Assembly: GCA_021639365.1 (NCBI GenBank)
Contig: JAJXHK010000006.1
Location: forward strand, 5,797 to 69,796
Length of the DNA stretch: 64,000 nucleotides
From: Collinsella aerofaciens
GTDB taxonomy: Bacteria; Actinomycetota; Coriobacteriia; Coriobacteriales; Coriobacteriaceae
Direction: 5' to 3'
Position 1 is the stretch's first letter. Every line of letters begins with the position of its first letter. Below are positions 10,261-18,371 of the stretch, piece by piece. Below the pieces are notes generated by a model, which did no database searches, was not told the DNA's origin, and was given only the letters and a program-made list of their open reading frames with translations. The position numbers were made by a program, and so were the translations under genes.

Positions 10261-10478
10261 ACTCATTGGGGACGCACTTAAATGAGTAGTTTCACTCATT
10301 GGGGACGTACTTAAATGAGTAGTCGTTAAAGAACGTCCCCAAATAACTAGCCCTGCCGAACCCAAACATGTACGTCAGCATCCAAAGTCGACATTTTTCG
10401 ACACCTTTGGATGCTGGCGTACAGCTTTTTGCGCGGGTCCCTCACAACCACTCATTGGGGACGTACTTAAATGAGTAG
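10261..10478. repeat. Composite repeat: family A units plus a family B hairpin (left boundary of cassette)
   Basis: ACTCATTGGGGACGYACTTAAATGAGTAG at 10261, 10294 and 10450. Hairpin TGTACGTCAGCATCCAAAG/CTTTGGATGCTGGCGTACA at 10369-10423. Confidence 0.88.
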
Positions 10479-10505
10479 GTAGGAATTCAGTTTCTCATAT
10501 TTATA

Positions 10506-10533
10506 GAACATACGTTTGCTTATATGCTATACT
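10506..10533 (+). promoter_or_regulatory. LexA-type SOS box overlapping a promoter with extended -10
   Basis: GAAC-ATAC-GTTT (10506-10517), one mismatch to the Gram-positive GAAC-N4-GTTC box; TG-C-TATACT at 10525-10533. Confidence 0.6.
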
Positions 10534-10733
10534 CGCCTCAAGGCATGAGACTGGTCGAGAGATCCCGCGGAGGTCCCCAATGACACGCTGGAGCGAGCTC
10601 GGTAAGTAAGATCGGTGGTTACTGCACTCGTCCATCTCAGACAGGTTGCGCTCCTGTTCGCCGTCGCCATCAAAGAACGGCACTCACAACCAAACGTTTC
10701 CGTTATCCGTGAGTCACACAGGAGTGCATCGTT

Positions 10734-12020
10734 ATGGCTAAAAAGATTCCAACCCTTTCACCCGACATTATTTCAAACACCTGCTCAGATATCAGCAGGA
10801 TTGTCGAGGCCAAACACCTCGGCCAGAAAGGTATCAACCATGAGACCTCCTCGGAAGGGGCTCTGCTCATCGGGCGCCGTCTCGAGCAAGAGATTGCCGG
10901 ATACCCCATCTCCAATCTCAATGGCTTACTCTCGCCCATCGCTTGCCACCTCAAGCAGCACTTTAGCCCAAGCCTAGGCCCGACTTATCTCAAGCGTTGC
11001 ATAAAGCTCGCACGAATTGTTCCGGAAGACATGGGTTTTCGACCGGAGCTTGATCTGGAACACTATCAGTCGCTCGCTCACATCGCCGACAAAGATCTGC
11101 GCTTAGATCTGATGAACGTTGCCGCGGATAACCATTGGAGCGCATTGCGCATCGATCGTCATGTCCGCTATCGAAGTCCGCAGGACACTTTGGATGCTTG
11201 GGAGCGCCGTGTGCTTGAATCAAATCAAGAAGTACGGCGCTTCGCCCGCGCCTACACAGATGCCTGTGGAATCATTTCACTCGATGAACTTATTGAGCTC
11301 TACAACTCCTGTGCCCCCAATCCAGTCTCGAGATTTGAGATAAATGAGACTATTTGGCAAATCAGGAACGAATCGGGACAAATCGACAATCCCTGCATTA
11401 TATCCAGAGATAGAAAACTCTATCTCATAGCGCCAGAGCTCGATGACGCTGTTGATGAAGCCCCTTATTACTATGATGACTACGGATACTCCTATCGAAA
11501 ATATGAACGGCACAGCGAATACACCGGTGAGATGCGCGCGCTGCGCGAACGGCGCGTTGGCATCAGAGTAGCAGCCATCTTCGCCGGTCACGAACGTCTT
11601 CCAATCAGAAGGCTCAGCTATGACGAAGTCATCTGCGGGCATATAAAGTGCAGTCGATCTGTCGAACGACTCAAGCAGTACGTCCTGAGAGACCCTGAGC
11701 TCAAGGCATCTGATTTCCATGCAAGAGAAGATGAGTTCGATTTCATCATGACAAAGCTTTTGCGTTCCGTTGGACTCAACGGTATGCCGACAGCCCAGCA
11801 AATTGCCGAAGACGCAGCTTTCTTATTGATTGTCGTACGACCCGAGCTTTATGAACGCAATAAAACAGCCGAGGTCTCCAAGCTCCTCTCGATAATCTAT
11901 GAAGACGCTCCCCTCTGGGAGTTCAACGGACGTTCGCATACCGAGCTAAAAAGCGAAGGAGTGGTGGAGTCTCCGATGTCGGCTTTACATCGAGAAGTCC
12001 CATCAAAACAGGCCGCTTAA
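10734..12020 (+). CDS. Hypothetical protein: DUF1016/YhcG N-terminal-like domain fused to an unrelated C-terminal region
   Basis: LLIGRRL...HLKQHF...YLKRC...LDLEHYQSL...WSALRIDRHV follows the DUF1016_N pattern. RBS AGGAG; lower GC than flanks. Confidence 0.65.
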   Translation: MAKKIPTLSPDIISNTCSDISRIVEAKHLGQKGINHETSSEGALLIGRRLEQEIAGYPISNLNGLLSPIACHLKQHFSPSLGPTYLKRCIKLARIVPEDMGFRPELDLEHYQSLAHIADKDLRLDLMNVAADNHWSALRIDRHVRYRSPQDTLDAWERRVLESNQEVRRFARAYTDACGIISLDELIELYNSCAPNPVSRFEINETIWQIRNESGQIDNPCIISRDRKLYLIAPELDDAVDEAPYYYDDYGYSYRKYERHSEYTGEMRALRERRVGIRVAAIFAGHERLPIRRLSYDEVICGHIKCSRSVERLKQYVLRDPELKASDFHAREDEFDFIMTKLLRSVGLNGMPTAQQIAEDAAFLLIVVRPELYERNKTAEVSKLLSIIYEDAPLWEFNGRSHTELKSEGVVESPMSALHREVPSKQAA

Positions 12021-12033
12021 CCCTATTAACTGC

Positions 12034-12065
12034 TTGCATTTTTGTCTACAAAACTGTATACAAAA
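12034..12065 (+). promoter_or_regulatory. TA operon promoter with palindromic operator
   Basis: TTGCAT-17 nt-TATACA. Near-perfect palindrome TTTTGTCTACAAAA in the spacer and a second TGTATACAAAA over the -10. Confidence 0.65.
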
Positions 12066-12077
12066 AGAGAGGCCCTT

Positions 12078-12344
12078 ATGGAGCTCATCGCAATCCACCC
12101 CCATGCCCTCAAGCACGGGCTGACGGAGACGGATATTACATGCGCCTGGAACTCCGCTTTCGCATGGTTCAGGCGTGATCTTGAAAATGGAGGTATCGAT
12201 TACGTTCTCGTTGGACTTGATGGAAGAAGCCGTCTCATGGAACTCATCGCTCGATATTGCCCCGATCGAGATGGCTACATCATTTACCACGCCCTTGTCC
12301 CTCCTACACGCAAGGTGCTCAGAGAAATCGGGATCGATCGATAG
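12078..12344 (+). CDS. Putative type II toxin (RelE/BrnT-like)
   Basis: 88 aa, HALKHG...DI..AW...VGLD...RLMEL...IIYHA. Lies directly upstream of an RHH gene. Confidence 0.65.
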   Translation: MELIAIHPHALKHGLTETDITCAWNSAFAWFRRDLENGGIDYVLVGLDGRSRLMELIARYCPDRDGYIIYHALVPPTRKVLREIGIDR

Positions 12345-12352
12345 GAGGCGCT

Positions 12353-12619
12353 ATGGACGCTAAGCAGCTCGAGAAGATGATGGGGTTTGCCCCCGGAGAG
12401 CTGGAAAAGGCCGCAGAGGCATACGAAAAAGATGAGTGGCCAAAGGGTCGCACCATCAAGTTGGGAAGGCCGCCGATCTCCGATGAGCCAAGCGTTGTTT
12501 TGTCGGCACGCGTGGGTGAATCGGTTCTTGAAGCGTTTGACGCAAAGGCAAGGCGTCACGGGCAAACACGCACGGAGCGACTCAGAGAGCTCATTACGCT
12601 CGATGCAATGATCGCCTAG
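12353..12619 (+). CDS. Putative antitoxin, ribbon-helix-helix (CopG-like)
   Basis: GRPP...VVLSARV...LEAFDAKARRHGQTRTERLRELI. RBS AGGAGG. Confidence 0.75.
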   Translation: MDAKQLEKMMGFAPGELEKAAEAYEKDEWPKGRTIKLGRPPISDEPSVVLSARVGESVLEAFDAKARRHGQTRTERLRELITLDAMIA

Positions 12620-12775
12620 CCCCCGCCGAACCCAAACGTGTACGCCAGCATCCAAAGTCGACATTTTTCGACATCTTTGGATGCTGGCGTACAGCTTTTT
12701 TGCGCGGGTCCCTCACAACCACTCATTGGGGACGCACTTAAATGAGTAGTCGTTTAAGAACGTCCCCAACGACTA
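12616..12775. repeat. Composite repeat (family B hairpin plus family A), direct copy of 10347-10478
   Basis: About 133 bp near-identical to 10347-10478, then continues into the second family A arm AAGAACGTCCCCAA. Confidence 0.9.
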
Positions 12776-12793
12776 CCCGATGACACGGCGATC

Positions 12794-13840
12794 CTATTCC
12801 TCGATCTCTTTCCAGCATTGCGGGTCGGCTTCGTACATATCGCCTGCGTAGCCATACGTCACAGCGGGGCAGCCGCGGCACCAGCCAAAAAGTTCGCATT
12901 TGGAGCACTTCTTGAACTTTTTAAAGTCGCGCTTTGCTTCCATCTGCGGTGAAAAGAAAAGTTCCTCGAGCGAGTTCTCGGCGACGTTGCCCACCTTGCT
13001 CTCCATGCGACGGCACGCATAGACGTCGCCCGTAGGCAGCACCGTCATATGGCCCGTACCGCAATGGCAGCCGTCGTAGATCATGCCGGGCTTGGCGCTC
13101 TTGGGGATGGTGAATTTGCCCTGCTCCCACAAAAGGAGCGTCCACAGGTGATCTTTGAGCTGGAAGAACGTCTTGCAGCCCGCAGCCTGGTGGAACTCCA
13201 TGCGCTCCTGCGCGGCCAGCAGCACGTCGCGATATTCCAGCGGCTCCAGATGGAACTCTTCGCGCTTCTGGCCCGAGGTGGGGCAGTATCGCCCAAAGGC
13301 GAATACATCGGCCTCGAGGCTTGCCACCAGGTCAATAAGCTGCGGCAGCTCGGCGGCATTCATACTCGAAACCGTATTCATAATGGCGACCCAAATACCT
13401 GCGCGCTTAAGGCACCCAATCGCACGCAAGGTCTCGACAAACGAGCCGGGTTTACGGAAGTAATCGTGCGTTTTCTCGAGTCCATCGAGCGAAAGCTGGT
13501 ATTTGCGGCACCCCAGCTCTTTCATGCGAGCGCAGGCCTCGTCGGTCAGATGGAACGGATTGCCCATCACGCACCACATAAAACCCCGCCCGTGCAAGAG
13601 CTCGGCAAGGCGCCAAAAATCGGGATGAAGAATGGGGTCGCCGCCCGTAACGTAAAAGTACGGCTGACGACCGATGCGTTCACAGAGCGCCTGGGCCTGA
13701 TCGACGACCTGGACCATCTGTTCCCACGGCATGCGCTTAAAACCGGCGCAGGCACCGTTGGCAAAGATATAGCAATGTTTGCAGCGCTGATCGCATTCAT
13801 CCGTAATGTGCCATTGGAAGGCAAACGCAGGCTTTTGCAT
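12794..13840 (-). CDS. acgM: Radical SAM/SPASM domain maturase, ACGX system
   Basis: FQWHITDECDQRCKHCY (CX3CX2C), TGGDP, SPASM CHCG...GDVYAC...KCSKC...CRGCPA...DPQC. Downstream of an ACGX-repeat peptide; RBS AAGGAG before ATG 13840. Confidence 0.88.
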   Translation of the reverse strand: MQKPAFAFQWHITDECDQRCKHCYIFANGACAGFKRMPWEQMVQVVDQAQALCERIGRQPYFYVTGGDPILHPDFWRLAELLHGRGFMWCVMGNPFHLTDEACARMKELGCRKYQLSLDGLEKTHDYFRKPGSFVETLRAIGCLKRAGIWVAIMNTVSSMNAAELPQLIDLVASLEADVFAFGRYCPTSGQKREEFHLEPLEYRDVLLAAQERMEFHQAAGCKTFFQLKDHLWTLLLWEQGKFTIPKSAKPGMIYDGCHCGTGHMTVLPTGDVYACRRMESKVGNVAENSLEELFFSPQMEAKRDFKKFKKCSKCELFGWCRGCPAVTYGYAGDMYEADPQCWKEIEE

Positions 13841-13886
13841 CGTGGGACTCCCTTGGTCGATGCTGAAACTGATGACGGTATTTGGG

Positions 13887-14507
13887 CTACAGGCGCGCAA
13901 CGGCGCCGACGGGGCAATTCTCGACACAGGCACCGCAATGCAGGCAGTGCTCGGGCTCTATGCGATACGAGTCTCCCGGCTCGATGCACTTCTGCGGGCA
14001 GTGCTCAAGGCAGGTGCCGCAACCGATACACGCATCGGCATCGATGCAGAAGCCCTTGGCGGGCGCAGGTGCCATGCTCTCGTCCAAGGTAAAGACCGCG
14101 CGCTCGATGGGATGAACTCCCAGGTTAAAGTAGTCGAGCACTATGTTCTCAACCTTAAGGATGATGTTGATCTCGCGCGTATCACCGGGATACACGTTGG
14201 CAAGATACGGCTGCTCGGCATAAATGACATCGCGCCAGTGAACTTGCTCGGACTCCGAGACGGGGGCGGCAACGCCGGACATGCGGATCATCTCGTTAAA
14301 TCGCGTGTGGACGAGCGTTTGGACACGCCCGTCTGCCATAAGCTGACGGGCCATCTCCTTGCCACGCGCCGTGAGGAAGTAGATGGCGCGGGGCTCGTAA
14401 TGGACGGCGCTTACGCAGCGAATTTGCGGCGCGCCACTCTCGTCCACGGTTGCCAGGGAGAGCGTCCCGGCAAGCTGCATCTTTTTGAGGCAAGTCTGAG
14501 CATCCAT
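13887..14507 (-). CDS. PNPOx-like split-barrel domain fused to a 2x[4Fe-4S] ferredoxin
   Basis: LATVDESGAPQIR...YFLTARGK; C-terminal CIGCGTCLEHCP and CLHCGACVENCP. Confidence 0.88.
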   Translation of the reverse strand: MDAQTCLKKMQLAGTLSLATVDESGAPQIRCVSAVHYEPRAIYFLTARGKEMARQLMADGRVQTLVHTRFNEMIRMSGVAAPVSESEQVHWRDVIYAEQPYLANVYPGDTREINIILKVENIVLDYFNLGVHPIERAVFTLDESMAPAPAKGFCIDADACIGCGTCLEHCPQKCIEPGDSYRIEPEHCLHCGACVENCPVGAVARL

Positions 14508-14531
14508 TACGAGCCCCTTCCTAGCGATTGC

Positions 14532-14765
14532 TTACTGAGCGTCGGCAGCGCCGCAAGCGGTGCTGCAGGCAGGAGCGGTCTTGGGGTCGGCGGAACCGCA
14601 GGCAGGGGCAGCAGCCGGGTCAGCAGAGCCGCAGGCAGGAGCGGCAGCCGGGTCAGCAGAGCCGCAAGCGGGAGCGGCCTTGGGGTCGGCGGAGCCGCAA
14701 GCGGGCGCAGGATCGGCAGTACCGCAGGAGGCGAAAGCGGCAACGTTCTCGAGATTCTCGGACAT
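14532..14765 (-). CDS. acgA: ACGX-repeat peptide (putative RiPP precursor), 77 aa
   Basis: RBS AAAGGA, then MSENLENVAAFASCGTADPAPACGSADPKAAPACGSADPAAAPACGSADPAAAPACGSADPKTAPACSTACGAADAQ. 33-nt tandem repeats; 7 Cys. Confidence 0.85.
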   Translation of the reverse strand: MSENLENVAAFASCGTADPAPACGSADPKAAPACGSADPAAAPACGSADPAAAPACGSADPKTAPACSTACGAADAQ

Positions 14766-14885
14766 GGCATTTCCTTTCGGTCGAGGATGGCCGGGCGAAG
14801 CCATCCAGTTTTTGACGCTCCTTGCGTCTATATGCATCATGCAAAAAGTGCGCAACGACAAAAAGAAGGCACCAATCTATTAGCC

Positions 14886-14903
14886 AGTTACCAAAAGGTA
14901 AGT
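14886..14903. promoter_or_regulatory. Putative HxlR-family operator
   Basis: AGTTACCAAAAGGTAAGT, an imperfect palindrome in the divergent promoter. A near-identical motif occurs at 39235 beside the paralogous HxlR gene. Confidence 0.6.
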
Positions 14904-14964
14904 AGTAGCCACAAGCGATAGCGGCTGCGATAATGAAAGCCGTTCACACGATTGAGGGGTCTCC

Positions 14965-15297
14965 ATGCTTACCAAAGAAGAACTGCCTCCCTGCCCTGTT
15001 GCCACGTGTTTTCAACTCTTTGGCAACAAGTGGAAGATCTATATCATCCAGCAGCTCATTAACCGTCCCATGGGCTTTAACGCGCTGCATCGCGCTATCC
15101 CGGGCATTAGCCAAAAGGTACTCTCGTCCAACCTCAAGGAAATGGATGCCGCGGGCCTCATCACGCGTACCGTCATCCCCGAGACACCCATCCGCACCGA
15201 ATACGCACTCAGTGAGCTGGGCCACAGCCTTATGCCCATCATCGATTCCCTAGTGGAATGGGGCACCGACTATCAGCAGCTCGTGCGAAACTCCTAA
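14965..15297 (+). CDS. HxlR/DUF24 winged-helix regulator with N-terminal Cys
   Basis: LPPCPVATCFQLFGNKW...GISQKVL...L.EM...P.RTEYALSELG. Confidence 0.9.
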   Translation: MLTKEELPPCPVATCFQLFGNKWKIYIIQQLINRPMGFNALHRAIPGISQKVLSSNLKEMDAAGLITRTVIPETPIRTEYALSELGHSLMPIIDSLVEWGTDYQQLVRNS

Positions 15298-15438
15298 CGA
15301 CCACACACTTTCGCACATTGAGCGCCGTGGGGCATACCGCTCCACGGCGCTTACCTTTTTGTGCCTTCTTTTACCGTTGTGCGCCAGGCGGCACACTACT
15401 GTCGAATGCAACCGACTCAATCGAACAGGAGGAAGGTC

Positions 15439-16224
15439 ATGAATCAGGCCGAGCGCCGCGTTTGGCTTATCAAAGCATTGCTCGATGAGCGGCCAGACGG
15501 GTGCAGTATTGCTGTACCTGCCGGAGCCAGCGAACATCGCAATTTGCTCAGAGCCCTTATGAACGTGCGCCTGCCCGAGGCGCTTGCGACCGAGACACTC
15601 GACATACAAGACGCCTACTTGCAGCAACGCCTTCTTGAGCGCGGCGGGGCGACCGACGCCGGCACGCTCCCCTACCGCGATCGCGTTGCCATCTGGCGCG
15701 GCGACATTACGCTGCTTAAGGCCGACGCCATCGTCAATGCCGCCAACAGCCAAATGCTCGGCTGCTTTGTACCGGGGCATCGCTGCATCGACAACGCCAT
15801 CCACACCTACGCCGGCATGCAGCTACGTCTGGCGTGCGCCAATCTCATGAACGAGCAAGGGCACGAGGAACCAACGGCGCGCGTCAAGGTCACGCCGGCG
15901 TTCAACCTGCCCAGCAGCTACGTTTTCCACACCGTCGGCCCTATCGTGCCCAGCCACAAGCCTGGCCCGCGCGAGGAATTGCTGCTACGGCGCTGCTACG
16001 CCAGCTGCTTGGAAGAAGCGACGCGCCGAGGACTCGGCACACTTGCATTCTGCTGTATCTCTACCGGCGTCTTTGGCTATCCGCAAAAGGCCGCCGCGCG
16101 CGTCGCCATCGATGCCGTTCGCCATCATCTAGACCATAACGACCCCAACCTTAAGGTGATCTTCAATGTTTTTCTCGCGTCTGACGAGGCAATCTACCGC
16201 AGCCTTCTCCAAACAAATCGATAA
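15439..16224 (+). CDS. Zn-binding macrodomain protein (protein-ADP-ribose hydrolase)
   Basis: GDIT, DAIVNAAN, Zn loop CFVPGHRCIDNAIH, HTVGP, CISTGVFGYP. RBS AGGAGG. Confidence 0.9.
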   Translation: MNQAERRVWLIKALLDERPDGCSIAVPAGASEHRNLLRALMNVRLPEALATETLDIQDAYLQQRLLERGGATDAGTLPYRDRVAIWRGDITLLKADAIVNAANSQMLGCFVPGHRCIDNAIHTYAGMQLRLACANLMNEQGHEEPTARVKVTPAFNLPSSYVFHTVGPIVPSHKPGPREELLLRRCYASCLEEATRRGLGTLAFCCISTGVFGYPQKAAARVAIDAVRHHLDHNDPNLKVIFNVFLASDEAIYRSLLQTNR

Positions 16225-17125
16225 GCTCCGAGCTGCACTCGATGCATCTGACGCCGTGGTAATCGGTGCGGGAGCAGGACTCTCGACCGCCGCCGGCTAC
16301 ACCTATTCGGGCGAGCGATTCGACGAGCTCTTTGGCGACTTTGCCGCACGCTACGGCTTTGCCGATATGTATTCCGGCGGCTTCTATCCTTACGACTCGC
16401 TCGAGGAGCACTGGGCGTTTTGGAGCCGCTACATTATGTGCAACCGATACGACCCCATACCGACGCCGCTCTACGAACAGCTCTTGAACATCGTGCGCGG
16501 GCGCGACTACTTTGTGCTGACTACGAATGTAGACCATTGCTTCCAGCGCGCCGGCTTTGACAAGCAGCGACTCTTTTACACGCAGGGAGACTACGGCCTG
16601 CTCCAGTGCAGCAAGCCTTGCTGCCAGGAGACATGGGATAACGAAGAGCTCATACGTTACATGGTCGCCGCCCAACAGGATCTGCGCATTCCATCTGCGC
16701 TCGTGCCCCACTGTTCTCACTGTGGCGCCCCGCTTACGATGAACTTGCGCGCCGACGACACGTTTGTCCAGGACAAGGGGTGGTACGCTGCCGCCGATCG
16801 CTACCAGGATTTCCTGCGCCGCCACAACAACATGCGCGTTCTGTTCTTGGAGCTTGGCGTAGGCGGCAATACGCCCGTCATCATCAAATACCCGTTTTGG
16901 CAGATGACCGCCAAAAACGAGCGCGCCATGTATGCATGCGTCAACCTTGGCGAGGTAGTCGCCCCTGCAGAAATCGCCGATCGCAGCATCCTGATTGACG
17001 CCGACGCAGGGCGCGTGCTGGACGCACTTGCCGTCCAAGCCATCAGATTACAAAGGCGATACTGTCTCATAAACACATGTACGTCAGCATCCAAAGTCCA
17101 ACATAGTCATTGGGGACGTTCTTAA
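16166..17125 (+). CDS. Class M sirtuin (SirTM-like Sir2 family)
   Basis: IGAGAGLS, TTNVDH, TQGDYG (Gln at the usual catalytic His position, typical of SirTM), CSKPC...CSHC, LELGVGGNTP.IIK. C-terminus reads into a repeat. Confidence 0.88.
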   Translation: MFFSRLTRQSTAAFSKQIDKLRAALDASDAVVIGAGAGLSTAAGYTYSGERFDELFGDFAARYGFADMYSGGFYPYDSLEEHWAFWSRYIMCNRYDPIPTPLYEQLLNIVRGRDYFVLTTNVDHCFQRAGFDKQRLFYTQGDYGLLQCSKPCCQETWDNEELIRYMVAAQQDLRIPSALVPHCSHCGAPLTMNLRADDTFVQDKGWYAAADRYQDFLRRHNNMRVLFLELGVGGNTPVIIKYPFWQMTAKNERAMYACVNLGEVVAPAEIADRSILIDADAGRVLDALAVQAIRLQRRYCLINTCTSASKVQHSHWGRS

Positions 17126-17159
17126 ATGACTAGTCGTTAAAGAACGTCCCCAATGACTA
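17078..17159. repeat. Half family B hairpin plus a complete family A palindrome
   Basis: TGTACGTCAGCATCCAAAGT, then TAGTCATTGGGGACGTTCTT...AAGAACGTCCCCAATGACTA, between convergent genes. Confidence 0.88.
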
Positions 17160-17160
17160 A

Positions 17161-18120
17161 CTAGCCGCGAAAGCGGGCTATGGGCGCGAGCGGCTGCTCG
17201 CGAAAGACGCGCTCGACGGCGGCGCGGTATTCGTCGACCTTTTTGGTTTTGCGCACGATCTTGTGAACGGTAGCGGGATCGGCGAAGGCGCACTTGGCGT
17301 AGAACCACCACTCCTTCATGCGAAAGACCGCGTTGCCGCCAATCTCTTCTGCATACGCCGCAAACAGCGTGTCGTGGAAGCGCTTCAGTTCAGCTGCCGT
17401 GGCCGCAGGACCGCCGGCAACCATGCGAGCCAGCGCAGGGTTCGCGAGCAAGCCGCGCCCCAGCATTACATGGCGCGTGCCGGGATAGGCCTCCACCAGC
17501 GCATCCATGTCCCCAAGATCAAAGATGTCGCCGTTGTAGGCCACCGGGAACGGTGCCCGCTCCAGCGTCTCGCCGTAAAACTCTTTGCGCGGCGAGCCCG
17601 TATAGCGGTCCTTTTGCACGCGCGGATGCACGATCAGCTCTGCCAGCGGCATGCGGCAATAGAGGTCGAGCACACGCTCGTACTCGTCGTCGCTCTGCAG
17701 TCCCAGCCTAGTTTTTACCGACACCGGCAATGGCGAGCGTTCGCACACGTCGCTCAAGAACACCTCGAGCTCATCCAGATTGCGCAGAAAGCCCGAGCCC
17801 TTCCCCTTGGCGACAACCGTGCCCGAGGGGCAGCCAAGGTTGAGATTGACCTCGTGATAACCCATGTCGGCGAGCACCTGCGCCGCCCACACAAACTCGT
17901 CCGCATTCTTGGACATCAGCTGAGGCACCACGTTGAGCCCCCGGTTATTGGCGGGATCGACCTCTTTAAACGCCTTACCGCCAAAGCGGTTGCCCACGCG
18001 CGGCGGCGGCAAAAACGGCGTGTAATAACAATCGAGTGCGCCAAAGCACTCCGCGTGCACGCGACGGAACACATGCCCGGTAATCCCCTCCATAGGGGCC
18101 AGCGATAAATACATCAACAT
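17161..18120 (-). CDS. tRNA-dihydrouridine synthase family protein
   Basis: LAPMEG, NLNLGCPS, KGSG, SVKTRLG, VHPR, YNGDI, VMLGRG. Confidence 0.9.
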   Translation of the reverse strand: MLMYLSLAPMEGITGHVFRRVHAECFGALDCYYTPFLPPPRVGNRFGGKAFKEVDPANNRGLNVVPQLMSKNADEFVWAAQVLADMGYHEVNLNLGCPSGTVVAKGKGSGFLRNLDELEVFLSDVCERSPLPVSVKTRLGLQSDDEYERVLDLYCRMPLAELIVHPRVQKDRYTGSPRKEFYGETLERAPFPVAYNGDIFDLGDMDALVEAYPGTRHVMLGRGLLANPALARMVAGGPAATAAELKRFHDTLFAAYAEEIGGNAVFRMKEWWFYAKCAFADPATVHKIVRKTKKVDEYRAAVERVFREQPLAPIARFRG

Positions 18121-18132
18121 CCACTCTCAACT

Positions 18133-18167
18133 CAATGTGACAAAGGGACAGTCCCTTTGTCACATTG
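18133..18167. repeat. REP-like perfect palindrome, family C
   Basis: CAATGTGACAAAGGGAC-A-GTCCCTTTGTCACATTG. Confidence 0.9.
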
Positions 18168-18371
18168 CAAATCATCATACGAGTGCTTATTTTGGCACAC
18201 ATACGTATCGGGCGGCATCATCGCGTGGGCACAGGAGCACCCGCTCTAAACCAGGGCAGTCGTGGCACTTTTGCCGTATGACCATGCGCTCATCGATGGC
18301 GGGATTCCCTATACTGAGTCACATATGACGGCATCGCGCCACAACGACCGCCACGACACCAAGGACCAGCT

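Noticed and set aside
10261..10478. Possible CRISPR array (29-nt repeats x3)
   Set aside because: Spacers are 4 nt and about 127 nt, the unit is dispersed elsewhere as a palindrome, and no cas genes are present.
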